In this document: positions 18,522 through 27,933 of the stretch, in pieces
How positions within the stretch are numbered: the first letter of the stretch is position 1
How the letters are laid out: the number at the start of each line of letters is the position of its first letter
Source: an uncultured Bacteroidales bacterium
GTDB taxonomy: Bacteria > Bacteroidota > Bacteroidia > Bacteroidales > UBA10428
Reading direction: 5' to 3'
NCBI GenBank assembly: GCA_964461435.1
Contig: CAYWUI010000004.1
Span: forward strand, 3,067 to 67,066
DNA length: 64,000 bases
Made by a program: the position numbers and the translations under genes
Notes under the pieces: model-generated
Told to the model about the DNA's origin: nothing
What the model saw: the letters and a program-made list of their open reading frames with translations, nothing else
Database searches by the model: none

Positions 18522-19139
18522 ATGCATATAGCCGTAGCAGGTAACATTGGATCAGGCAAAACCACGCTTACACGTCTGCTTTCAAAACATTATGGATGGG
18601 AAGCACATTATGAAGATATTGATGATAATCCTTATCTGAATGATTTTTATAACGACATGCAGCGTTGGTCATTTAATCTTCAGATCTATTTTTTAAACAG
18701 CAGGTTTAACTATATCCTCTCATTCAGAAAAACAGGCAAGACATTGATCCAGGACAGGACGATCTATGAAGATGCTTACATTTTTGCACCTAACCTGCAT
18801 TCCATGGGTTTAATGTCAACCCGTGACTTTGAAAACTATTTTACCCTGTTTAATCTTATGAGCTCCCTCATTCAACCTCCTGACCTTGTAATATACCTGA
18901 GGGCATCAGTCCCCACACTTGTAAAACAGATTCAAAAAAGAGGCAGAAAATATGAAGAAAATATACGGCTTGATTATTTGAAACGCCTTAATGAAAGATA
19001 TGAAGCCTGGATCGAAGCATATAACCTTGACAAATTATTAATTATTGACGTCGATAATAATAATTTCTCTGATAATCCTGAAGATCTGAGCATTGTTATT
19101 GATAAAGTCAATGCCGAAATCCATGGCCTTTTTAAGTAG
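18522..19139 (+). CDS. Deoxynucleoside kinase (dAK/dGK/dCK family)
   Basis: 205 aa with the P-loop GNIGSGKTTL, DRTIYED and a LID-like region QKRGRKYEE. Confidence 0.9.
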   Translation: MHIAVAGNIGSGKTTLTRLLSKHYGWEAHYEDIDDNPYLNDFYNDMQRWSFNLQIYFLNSRFNYILSFRKTGKTLIQDRTIYEDAYIFAPNLHSMGLMSTRDFENYFTLFNLMSSLIQPPDLVIYLRASVPTLVKQIQKRGRKYEENIRLDYLKRLNERYEAWIEAYNLDKLLIIDVDNNNFSDNPEDLSIVIDKVNAEIHGLFK

Positions 19140-19141
19140 GA

Positions 19142-19516
19142 TTATGCAGCTTCCGCGTATTCAAAAAAGTTAAATCTGGATCTCCTCAGCAACTCTGCAA
19201 ATATTTGCCCTTTCTCCAGTGCATCGTCATCCCCTTCTTCATAATACCAGTTAATTACTATTTCCTTAACAAGTTTATTTGCATCAAGCTCCTTCAGCAA
19301 ATCCAGGATTTTCTTTACCGAGGCACTGTTTATATACTCAAGATTAATGTTAAAAGTTACTTTATCTGCTCTCAGCTTCGCAATCCATGTAAATAAAGGA
19401 TCATAGAACCTGGCTACGGCAACCGGACATGATTTCCCTTTAAAAAGCAATTCCCCGCTATTTAAAAACTCAACCTTCGGTGTATCAATTGTACCTTCAA
19501 TTATTAAATCTTCCAT
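19142..19516 (-). CDS. DUF1987 (SiaC-like regulatory phosphoprotein family) protein, paralog B
   Basis: 124 aa with TPKVEFLNSGELLFKGKSCP, NLEYINSASVKKILDLL and INWYYEEGDDD. It is convergent with the kinase gene 18522..19139. Confidence 0.85.
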   Translation of the reverse strand: MEDLIIEGTIDTPKVEFLNSGELLFKGKSCPVAVARFYDPLFTWIAKLRADKVTFNINLEYINSASVKKILDLLKELDANKLVKEIVINWYYEEGDDDALEKGQIFAELLRRSRFNFFEYAEAA

Positions 19517-19963
19517 AATTTCGTTTAATTGTAATTATTATTTTGCTTATGCATATTATTCTACGAATAGCTGAAATTAAAGATTAATACAATTGACAAA
19601 TATTTATAATATTTTGACTAGAAAGTCCTTTTTATATGGGAATTATTTTAATACATAAATAATTTTGCTTATTATTGTAACTGCTGATAGATATGAGTAA
19701 CATAAGCCAAAAAGGAAGGAGAAGGAGATACAATGTTAATTATTATAACCTGCCTCAAATATTAAGTTGTTATTCCGGAACAATACCGCTGTAACTCTTA
19801 CTCGTATTTTACCACTAAGGTAAAATTCAGATTCTTAATCCATTACGTGCTTGTTTTAATTTAATTCATGGAATTATCCCTGATAATTAAAATAGATTTA
19901 TAATAACAGATATAACCCTGATATACAAATAATATATATAAAGTAATTAAAGTATAACATTAT

Positions 19964-21349
19964 ATGCCTGACATTTTAAAAGATATAATGGAATCTATTA
20001 AAGGTACAGAGCAGGATTTTACAAAAGGTAAAATAAGCAGGGCAATTATTTTACTTTCCATACCTATGGTACTTGAAATGGCTATGGAATCCATTTTCGC
20101 CCTGACGGATATATTCTTTGTTTCCAGGCTTGGTGAAGATGCAATAGCTGCAGTTGGTATTACTGAATCCATTATGACATTTATCTATGCTATTGGCGGG
20201 GGTCTGAGCATGGCTGCAACAGGCATGATAGCCAGGCGTATAGGTGAAAAAAGGCCTGACAAAGCTTCTGTTGCCGCAGCACAGGCAATTATTGCAGGTC
20301 TTATGATATCAATGCTCCTGGCAATACCCGGGATTTTTATGCCCACAGATATCTTAAAATTAATGGGTCTGGAAAAAAGTGTTATCGAGGCCGGATATAA
20401 ATACACTGGGATAATGCTTGCCGGCAATGGCATAATTATACTGCTTTTTGTAAATAATGCAATTTTCAGGAGCGCCGGAGATGCAGCGATATCAATGAAA
20501 GTTTTGTGGTTCGCTAACGTTACAAATATAATGCTTGATCCCTGTTTAATCTTCGGACTGGGTCCATTTCCAAAACTGGGCGTTACGGGCGCCGCCGTTG
20601 CTACAACTATTGGCCGCGGAACAGCCGTCATTTACCAGTTTTATTTACTCAACAAAGGTACCGACAGGATACAGTTAAGACTAAAATATATTATACCCAG
20701 AATTAATATAATGTTTCAACTGCTAAAACTTTCGGGTGGAGGTATAGGACAGTATTTGATTGCAACAGCCAGCTGGGTTGCCCTGTTCAGGATCGTGGCC
20801 GAATTTGGAAAGGAAGCTGTTGCCGGATATACTATTGCACTAAGGATAATCATTTTTGCATTGCTGCCGTCGTGGGGCATGAGCAATGCCGCTGCTACTC
20901 TTGTCGGACAGAACCTGGGCGCAAAAAAGCCACAGAGAGCTGCACGCTCTGTGTTTATAACAAGCATTGCAAATGCCGTTTTTCTGTTGGTTATTGCTCT
21001 CATACTGGTAACTATACCTGACTTTTTCATTAAATTCTTTCACCAGAAACCAGATGTGGAAAAAATTGCTGTTGCCAGCCTGAGAATAATAAGCTACGGA
21101 TTTGTCTTTTATGCAATAGGAATGGTAATTACACAGTCTTTTAACGGCGCAGGTGATACATATACGCCAACCCTGCTGAACCTTGTATGTTTCTGGCTGA
21201 TTGAAATTCCCCTGGCCTATACATTGTCAATTATAAACGGATTTAATGAAAGGGGTGTATTCTGGGCTATAGTTATTGCAGAATCAATTCTTACAATACT
21301 CGGAATTATAGTTTTTTCCAAAGGGAAATGGAAACTGAGAGAAGTATGA
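19964..21349 (+). CDS. MATE-family efflux transporter
   Basis: 461 aa with 12 TM helices. The MATE N-terminal pattern (ILLSIPMVLEMAMESIFALTDIFFVSRLG) is duplicated in the second half. Confidence 0.9.
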   Translation: MPDILKDIMESIKGTEQDFTKGKISRAIILLSIPMVLEMAMESIFALTDIFFVSRLGEDAIAAVGITESIMTFIYAIGGGLSMAATGMIARRIGEKRPDKASVAAAQAIIAGLMISMLLAIPGIFMPTDILKLMGLEKSVIEAGYKYTGIMLAGNGIIILLFVNNAIFRSAGDAAISMKVLWFANVTNIMLDPCLIFGLGPFPKLGVTGAAVATTIGRGTAVIYQFYLLNKGTDRIQLRLKYIIPRINIMFQLLKLSGGGIGQYLIATASWVALFRIVAEFGKEAVAGYTIALRIIIFALLPSWGMSNAAATLVGQNLGAKKPQRAARSVFITSIANAVFLLVIALILVTIPDFFIKFFHQKPDVEKIAVASLRIISYGFVFYAIGMVITQSFNGAGDTYTPTLLNLVCFWLIEIPLAYTLSIINGFNERGVFWAIVIAESILTILGIIVFSKGKWKLREV

Positions 21350-21425
21350 TTGAAAATGTTTAAACCAGCAAAAATTTATTATACTTTAATAATTAATTAT
21401 TTTTACAAAATATACACTTACAATT

Positions 21426-22004
21426 ATGGAATTTTTTGACTCGAATTTATACTCATATTTTATCCTGCCATTGCTGATATTTTTTGCCAGGATATGTGAT
21501 GTTACCCTCGGAACATTAAGGATTATCCTAACTTCAAAAGGTAAAAAGTTCATAGCCCCTTTTCTGGGCTTTATAGAAATGATCATATGGATTCTTGCCA
21601 TAACACATATTTTTGAGAACTTAAATAACTGGGCTTGTTATATTGCTTTCGCAGCTGGTTTTGCCATGGGCAACTTTGTGGGAATAACCGTGGAGGAAAG
21701 GCTGGCTATAGGCTATGAACTGATAAGGATCATAACAAATAAAGAGGCGGAAAAATTAGTTTCCGTTCTCAGGGAAAAAGGTTATGGAATTACTTCTATC
21801 CAGGCCCAGGGAAGCCAGGGTGATGTGGGTATTATATATTCAATAATAAAACGCAGTGATTTGAAAAATTTTGTGTCTTTTATGAAGATATTTAATCCTC
21901 ATGCATTTTATACAATTGAAGATATCAGATTTGTCAATAAAAACATTTTCAGGCCTTTTAACAAATCAGTAGCCAGAAAAAAGATATTCAGAAAGAAAAA
22001 ATAA
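21426..22004 (+). CDS. UPF0316/DUF2179-family membrane protein
   Basis: 192 aa with three N-terminal TM helices carrying RICDVTLGTLRIIL, followed by a soluble DUF2179-type C-domain (GYGITSIQAQGSQGD). Confidence 0.8.
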   Translation: MEFFDSNLYSYFILPLLIFFARICDVTLGTLRIILTSKGKKFIAPFLGFIEMIIWILAITHIFENLNNWACYIAFAAGFAMGNFVGITVEERLAIGYELIRIITNKEAEKLVSVLREKGYGITSIQAQGSQGDVGIIYSIIKRSDLKNFVSFMKIFNPHAFYTIEDIRFVNKNIFRPFNKSVARKKIFRKKK

Positions 22005-22017
22005 AATAAAGATTCTC

Positions 22018-22689
22018 ATGCCGGGGAAAAGAGAACTGTATATTATTTTTTTTATACTGTTACCAGAGTGCATATATTCACAATACGGATGCATAAGAGA
22101 AAACTTTCAGCCAGATGATGCCAGGTTAATTAAAGATTCTTTAGAATGCATCCACGGATTTAAAAAAACATTTTTACCCGGATATGAACTGCCTGCAATT
22201 CTTGCTTTATCATGCTATCCCGAACTTGATTCCATCAATATTGAATTAAAAAGCAGGAAATTAAACCACCTTGGCAATGCAAGGCCGAAAATGGATTTCA
22301 TATTCAGGAATAAAGAAAACAGGCACTACATAATAATAATCAATAAAGACGCTAAAGATATCCTGGGTTTTGCCTTCAGCGATCTTCCATTCAATGCGCA
22401 AATCGGATTTTTCGGGCATGAGCTGGCTCATATTACCGATTATACAGGTAAGAACAATTTTCAAATGATTTCTTTCGGAGTCAAATACTTTTTTATGAGG
22501 AAGGCTGTAGAAAGATACACTGACCATATTGCCATAAAACATAATCTCGGACGGCAGATATATGATTTAAGGAGTTTTGTGCTTAACAACCCGGATATTG
22601 ATGATCACTATCTGAAATATAAAAGTAATAATTACCTTGACGGTGAGGAGATTTTACATGAAATTTCAAAATTTAATGAGCCCAGGTAA
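22018..22689 (+). CDS. Hypothetical exported protein with an HExxH motif (putative small metallopeptidase)
   Basis: 223 aa with a signal-like N-terminus (LYIIFFILLPECIYSQ) and FFGHELAHITDY, with ERYTDHIAIKH downstream. No family was recognised. Confidence 0.5.
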   Translation: MPGKRELYIIFFILLPECIYSQYGCIRENFQPDDARLIKDSLECIHGFKKTFLPGYELPAILALSCYPELDSINIELKSRKLNHLGNARPKMDFIFRNKENRHYIIIINKDAKDILGFAFSDLPFNAQIGFFGHELAHITDYTGKNNFQMISFGVKYFFMRKAVERYTDHIAIKHNLGRQIYDLRSFVLNNPDIDDHYLKYKSNNYLDGEEILHEISKFNEPR

Positions 22690-22790
22690 AATAAGTGATA
22701 ATTAACAATAATTATGAAGTATTACTGATAATAAAATATTAAATGCACTAAATTTGAACTAATTTTTAGTTATTTATAAATCCAGGTAAA

Positions 22791-24479
22791 ATGAAAATTA
22801 AGATAACAAGGAAAGTAAAAGTCATAGCAATAAGTGTAGTATTGTTAATCAGTTCATTCTCATTTGTAGCATTCACAGATAAGGAATTTAAAATTGCAAA
22901 AAATCTTGATATATTCTTTACTTTATTTCGCGAGCTGAATTTATTTTATGTTGATGAAACTGATCCCGAAGAACTTATAGAAGCCGGGATAGATGGCATG
23001 TTAAAATCACTGGACCCCTATACTACGTTTATCCCCGAGTCAGAGATGGAAAATTTTAATTTCATGACCACCGGCCAATACGGGGGAATTGGGGCACTTA
23101 TAAGAAAAGCCGGAGATTACTCAATGATTTCCGAGCCTTACCGCGATTTTCCTGCCTTCAAATCGGGACTTATGGCCGGGGATACAATAGTCTCTATTGA
23201 CGGCGTTTCCACAAAGGGTAAAAAGATCAGTGATGTCAGCGAAATGCTGAAGGGAACACCAAATACATCTGTGAAACTTGAAATAAAAAGATATGGCGAG
23301 GAAGCTACAATTGAAAAAACACTTGTCAGGGAAATAATAACAATCAAAAACATACCATATTATGGCATAGTCGATGATAATATCGGATATATAAGATTGT
23401 CAAATTTTACTAATAATGCAGGCAAGGAAGCCAAAGAAGCATTAAACGAATTAAAAAAGCAAAATGTAAAGTCGATTATCCTTGACCTTAGAGGAAATCC
23501 GGGAGGATTATTAATTGAGTCGGTCAATGTGGCAAACCTGTTTGTCAACCAGGGGCAGGAAATAGTCAGCACTCACGGTAAAGTCAAGCAGTGGGATAAT
23601 GTATATAAAACAACACAGCCAGCGGTTGATACGGCCATTCCTTTAGTAATACTTGTGAACAGGGGTTCTGCTTCAGCTTCCGAAATTGTCGCCGGCTCAT
23701 TACAGGATCTTGACAGGGCAGTAATTGTAGGTGAAAAAACCTTTGGCAAGGGACTGGTACAAACAACAAGGCCATTAAGTTATAACACACAATTAAAAGT
23801 AACTACTGCTAAATATTACATACCCAGCGGAAGATGTATACAGGCAGTAGATTATACGCATAGAAATGAAGATGGAAGCGTTGGCTATATCCCCGATTCC
23901 TTAATCAATGAATTTACGACAAAAAACGGCAGAAAAGTGTATGATGGAGGAGGTATAACACCTGATTTGAAGGTTGATTCGGAAACGCCCGGTAATATCA
24001 CTATCAGCCTTTTCGTCAAAAACCTGATATTTGATTACGCTACAATCTTCGTTGCAGAAAAAGGTCCCGTAGATAATATAGAGGAATATGAATTTACAGA
24101 TAATGATTATCAAAAGTTTCTTAACTTCCTGGAAGATAAAGATATTGATTATACAACACAAAGCTACAAAACCCTTGAGGAACTTATTAATACGGCTAAA
24201 AAGGAAAAATATTATACTTATGCCGAAGAAGAATTTGAAGCACTTAAACAAAAACTTGCACACGATAAAAACAAGGACCTGCAAACATTTAAAGATGAAA
24301 TAATACAATTGCTTATGGAAGAAATAGCCAGCAGATATGATTACCAGGAAGGCCGAATAAAGGTATCCCTTAATAATGACATTCAGTTTGAAAAAGCCAT
24401 AGGCATTTTAAAGAATAAGGAACAATATTTAAGCATATTTAAAGATACAGCAAAAAATGCTGCAACAGCCGGTTTGTAG
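22791..24479 (+). CDS. S41-family carboxy-terminal processing peptidase with PDZ domain
   Basis: 562 aa with a PDZ segment (GLMAGDTIVSIDGVS), LDLRGNPGGLL, the catalytic-Ser region VNRGSASASEIVAG and GEKTFGKGLVQ. Confidence 0.9.
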   Translation: MKIKITRKVKVIAISVVLLISSFSFVAFTDKEFKIAKNLDIFFTLFRELNLFYVDETDPEELIEAGIDGMLKSLDPYTTFIPESEMENFNFMTTGQYGGIGALIRKAGDYSMISEPYRDFPAFKSGLMAGDTIVSIDGVSTKGKKISDVSEMLKGTPNTSVKLEIKRYGEEATIEKTLVREIITIKNIPYYGIVDDNIGYIRLSNFTNNAGKEAKEALNELKKQNVKSIILDLRGNPGGLLIESVNVANLFVNQGQEIVSTHGKVKQWDNVYKTTQPAVDTAIPLVILVNRGSASASEIVAGSLQDLDRAVIVGEKTFGKGLVQTTRPLSYNTQLKVTTAKYYIPSGRCIQAVDYTHRNEDGSVGYIPDSLINEFTTKNGRKVYDGGGITPDLKVDSETPGNITISLFVKNLIFDYATIFVAEKGPVDNIEEYEFTDNDYQKFLNFLEDKDIDYTTQSYKTLEELINTAKKEKYYTYAEEEFEALKQKLAHDKNKDLQTFKDEIIQLLMEEIASRYDYQEGRIKVSLNNDIQFEKAIGILKNKEQYLSIFKDTAKNAATAGL

Positions 24480-24483
24480 AAAT

Positions 24484-25050
24484 CTATAAATTGCCTGCAT
24501 CTGCGGCAAACTGTTTCTTTTTAACTTTACAGTATGTCATGATTTTTTTATTGTAAGCTTCCATTAATTGCCTGAGTATACTGTTATCCGCCCGGTAAAA
24601 GATATCATTAATTCCTCTTACCGGCAATATTTTTGCTGAGGTTTCGCTTAAAAATAAAGTGCTGTATTTATTTAAATTATTAATTGAAATGTTCTGCTCT
24701 ATAAGTCTAATATTTTGCTCATTACAAATATTGAACACATATTTTCCTGTAATACCGGAAGCACCTTTTTTATTGGATTTACTCCCTTCAGTTATAAAAC
24801 CTTCATTATTTACGAGTAATGTTTCATAAATACTCTTGTTTAGTAATTCCCTGTTTACAGCGGTCATTACAGCACTATTAACGAACTTTGCATTTGGCAT
24901 TATGCGTTCTATGGATAGTAATGACGCACAGGCACCATTCCTGTATAGTGCAGAGGACGGATACCGGTGTCTTACGAAATAAATAAGTACATCAGGTTGC
25001 TTTCTCCCGGTCTCATCAAAATTTATGACTAATTTGATAGTGTAATACAT
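24484..25050 (-). CDS. Short class-IV (fold type IV) aminotransferase / ADC-lyase-like protein, possibly degenerate
   Basis: 188 aa with ETLLVNNEGFITEGSKSN (the EG..SN motif), GITGKYV and a Lys in NAKFVNS at the expected spacing. It lacks the N-terminal ~60-90 aa of full-length members. Only 5 residues separate the SN and GIT motifs, where I expect about 15-20. Confidence 0.5.
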   Translation of the reverse strand: MYYTIKLVINFDETGRKQPDVLIYFVRHRYPSSALYRNGACASLLSIERIMPNAKFVNSAVMTAVNRELLNKSIYETLLVNNEGFITEGSKSNKKGASGITGKYVFNICNEQNIRLIEQNISINNLNKYSTLFLSETSAKILPVRGINDIFYRADNSILRQLMEAYNKKIMTYCKVKKKQFAADAGNL

Positions 25051-25757
25051 TACTGCGGAATGAACTGGTACATTATATATCCTTTCTGCCGGGGATCCGC
25101 ATTAAAATCCGCATTGAATCTCGTTCGTGAAGCATATTTTATTGCTGCTACCATAAGGCATTCATCCTTTGTTTCAGAATCTTCTGATATGGAAGTTGAA
25201 ATAACATCTCCTTTCTGGCTTACAATTATATTTACTACCACTAATCCGCCCCCCTTACATGTATAAACAGGGATAGGCAGATACTGTTTAAACCTGTTTT
25301 CAAGAAAATAAGTCACATTTGTCGGCCCCAAATATTCCTTGTCGGGGGGTGATTCATCACTTTCACTGTCATTCTTTTCTTCACTATACGTGATATTACC
25401 TTCCCCAGGTAGTTTCCTGTCATGATATTGATGCAGATTTTCTATTCCCAGCTCTTCCTTCAGTTGCTGAATATACTTTTCAGTGCTTATTTTTTCATTC
25501 ATCTGGCTGGCAACATTAACGGCTATATTCCTCCTTACTTCCTCTTCAAGGGGTTCAATTTCAACATTTTTATTCTCCATATCCTTAATGAACTCTTGCA
25601 TGTCCATTAATTTCTCATCAAATTCAATAGGAATATATTCCATTTGCTTCCTCCTGACATCCCCGACCTTAACAGTCAGAAATAATAAAACCAGCAACAT
25701 ATGAAATATTATTGTTCCTAAAATGCCATTAATTTTATCATCCGGGATAATCCTCAC
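25050..25757 (-). CDS. Membrane-anchored protein with TonB/TolA-type C-terminal domain
   Basis: 235 aa with a GTG start and one N-terminal TM helix (ILGTIIFHMLLVLLFLTV). An acidic, charged linker follows, then the C-terminal GGGLVVVNIIVSQKGDVISTSI...AAIKYASRTRF...GYIMYQF. Its stop overlaps the next ATG (TAATG). Confidence 0.5.
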   Translation of the reverse strand: MRIIPDDKINGILGTIIFHMLLVLLFLTVKVGDVRRKQMEYIPIEFDEKLMDMQEFIKDMENKNVEIEPLEEEVRRNIAVNVASQMNEKISTEKYIQQLKEELGIENLHQYHDRKLPGEGNITYSEEKNDSESDESPPDKEYLGPTNVTYFLENRFKQYLPIPVYTCKGGGLVVVNIIVSQKGDVISTSISEDSETKDECLMVAAIKYASRTRFNADFNADPRQKGYIMYQFIPQ

Positions 25758-25872
25758 ATCTATTTCCCTTTTTAGTTAAGCTATGAAATTACAAAATATA
25801 AGGATGGCAAAATTAAAAAATTGCAGGAAAAATAATGATTATTAATCCAAAGCTTTTGTTAAAGTTCTCTTA

Positions 25873-27882
25873 TTAATTGACTACTATAATTTTCTGTGCT
25901 GCCTGGTATTCTTTGCTATTAAGCCTGAGCATATAAATACCCCCTGTTAGTCCTGACAAATCCATTTCCGCTTTATTGCTGTCCCTTATTGATTCAGCCT
26001 TTAAAACCCGGCCATAACAATCCATAATTTCCATGGTGCCCGTAAAATTCCTGTCAAACTCTATTGACAATGATTTTTCTGCCGGGTTTGGCGATACCCT
26101 GAAATTTTGTGCAAGTGATTCATCAGTATTCAAAGTACATATATCGACATGCAGGCTGGTACTAATAATACTATCACAGCCGTAAGACGAATTCAGGGTG
26201 TCATAATATATTCCCGGCGAGTTTTGCCATTTTCCTCCGGCCAGAACGCTGTCGTTATTACAGATTGTAACAGCAATGGCTGATTCATAAACTGGTTCTA
26301 TATTTAAAATGTATAATATTGTAGTATCTGTATAACAGCCGCCAGACAGAATACACCTGTAGGTCCCGTGGTCTTCCTGTTGCAGATTATCCAGAATATG
26401 CAGACTGTCAGTTGCCCCTGTTATATTTTCACCATCCTTTTGCCACTGGTAGTCATATTCTTCCCCTGCCCTTAATGATATGAAATATGACAGGTTATCT
26501 CCCTGGCAGAGCGTGTTATATATATTCTGAGAATTAATGCCTGCCGTAACCTGAACCGCATCTGACAATGTGCTGTCAGCCGAGTAACCTGTTATGCGCA
26601 AGCTTACTATTGTATCACTTGTAAAATATGAAGGATTCCAATAATAACCCTTATCCTTAATCCCCCTCACAATTTTTTTAAAAGCCCCGGTCCTGCCATA
26701 ACTTATCTCCATGTCGTAAAGAATTGTATTCCCGTCATCAGGATTACCAAGTATCCATCTTGCAGATTCGGAATCATCCCATAAACCTGCGCTGTAAGGA
26801 TAAACAATTGATATGTCGGGCTTTTCGTAGGAATGCAATAATTCGGCAAATCCCTTACCCTCAACCTGTTGATCTTCTACTGCACCGCTTATCAGGGTGC
26901 TGCCTTCAAAAAATCTGAACGGCAAAGCGACCTCACTGTTTGAATTTTGTGTTGTAACCAGAAGATCAATATCAAAAGTGTCTGATGTCATATGCCATTT
27001 TTGTGAGTAGCATTTTTCACCATCCGTGGTATACGCGAATTTAAGCCGCTCAAGATTAAAATCAGAAGTAGTGAATGAAGATGAATCATTTATATAAACA
27101 CTGCATATTCTGTAAGCGGATGTTTCAGGAATAGTATTATTTTCTGTAAAGATATTCCATATATTAAGGTCCATTCCGTTATCAAGCTGGATACAGAACC
27201 ATTCATAATCCTCGCTGTTATTAGGATTAAAATTGCCGAACTGATGATCTATCCATCCTTTGCCAAAAATACTGTCCTCAACTGCGACCAAACTGATAGT
27301 TCCTGAAATGTCGATCATGGTCTGGGAATAATAATATGTATATCCTGCAGCTCCCTGGTAAAGAAATCCCGAGTCAGCAACTATCAGGGGACGCTTCAGT
27401 GTGTTACAGTCAATATCAATTGAACCTGTTTGTGACATTGCATTAATATGATACCGGAAAGGCCTCATTTTTCCCGCGGAATCAGTTAAAGTAGTCCATT
27501 CTTCCGTATGTACCGAAGTAAACCCTGCATTCGCAATAATATTCAGACTGTCCTCTGCCAGGGATTCATAAATGCACGGCAATGTCTCGTCATAAAACTG
27601 TTTTGAGGTTTCATTAGAAATATTGAATATTCTGAATCCGTCATATCCAAAAGCGGGATAATAAAAATAAGCCAGCACAAACGAATAATCATTGCCGGTC
27701 GATTTTCCCGTCACATGTCCGCTAAAATAAATCCATTCAATGTCCTGCTTAAAATGAAATCCTTCATCCGCCGGAAAACTTAATAAGCTTCCCGGTTGCT
27801 GAAAAGGATAGGTTTTCCAGTCCTGTGTACTTGCTTTAACAGCAAAAAGGAATATTAATAATAATGTGAATTTTTGAATCAT
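25873..27882 (-). CDS. Secreted AttH/CrtC-like (lipocalin-type hydratase fold) protein with Ig-like domain and T9SS C-terminal sorting domain
   Basis: I moved the start to the ATG at 27882 (MIQKFTLLLIFLFAVKASTQ signal). It has an AttH-type N-domain (FPADEGFHFKQDIEWIYFSGHV) and an Ig I-set-like segment (YQWQKDGENITGATDSLHILDNLQQEDHGTYRC). The CTD is RVSPNPAEKSLSIEF...GGIYMLRLNS...QKIIVVN. Confidence 0.7.
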   Translation of the reverse strand: MIQKFTLLLIFLFAVKASTQDWKTYPFQQPGSLLSFPADEGFHFKQDIEWIYFSGHVTGKSTGNDYSFVLAYFYYPAFGYDGFRIFNISNETSKQFYDETLPCIYESLAEDSLNIIANAGFTSVHTEEWTTLTDSAGKMRPFRYHINAMSQTGSIDIDCNTLKRPLIVADSGFLYQGAAGYTYYYSQTMIDISGTISLVAVEDSIFGKGWIDHQFGNFNPNNSEDYEWFCIQLDNGMDLNIWNIFTENNTIPETSAYRICSVYINDSSSFTTSDFNLERLKFAYTTDGEKCYSQKWHMTSDTFDIDLLVTTQNSNSEVALPFRFFEGSTLISGAVEDQQVEGKGFAELLHSYEKPDISIVYPYSAGLWDDSESARWILGNPDDGNTILYDMEISYGRTGAFKKIVRGIKDKGYYWNPSYFTSDTIVSLRITGYSADSTLSDAVQVTAGINSQNIYNTLCQGDNLSYFISLRAGEEYDYQWQKDGENITGATDSLHILDNLQQEDHGTYRCILSGGCYTDTTILYILNIEPVYESAIAVTICNNDSVLAGGKWQNSPGIYYDTLNSSYGCDSIISTSLHVDICTLNTDESLAQNFRVSPNPAEKSLSIEFDRNFTGTMEIMDCYGRVLKAESIRDSNKAEMDLSGLTGGIYMLRLNSKEYQAAQKIIVVN

Positions 27883-27933
27883 CGTTACTATCAGCTTAAC
27901 CTGTCGGGTGGGATTCAAAGGATTCTTTGAGGA

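Noticed and set aside
19693-19794. 33-codon ORF (MSNISQKGRRRRYNVNYYNLPQILSCYSGTIPL) in the MATE upstream region.
   Set aside because: It is too short and compositionally unremarkable. The purine tract it spans is more simply interpreted as non-coding. It is noted only as part of the leader-region finding.
20185-20631. 148-aa ORF antisense to the MATE transporter, plus ORFs at 20716..21030 and 20840..21043.
   Set aside because: It is a shadow ORF of a membrane-protein gene. The Ala/Pro/Ile-rich sequence mirrors the sense-strand codons and has no independent start context.
23901-24308. 135-aa ORF antisense to the S41 peptidase gene.
   Set aside because: It is an F/K/I-rich artefact of AT-rich antisense sequence.
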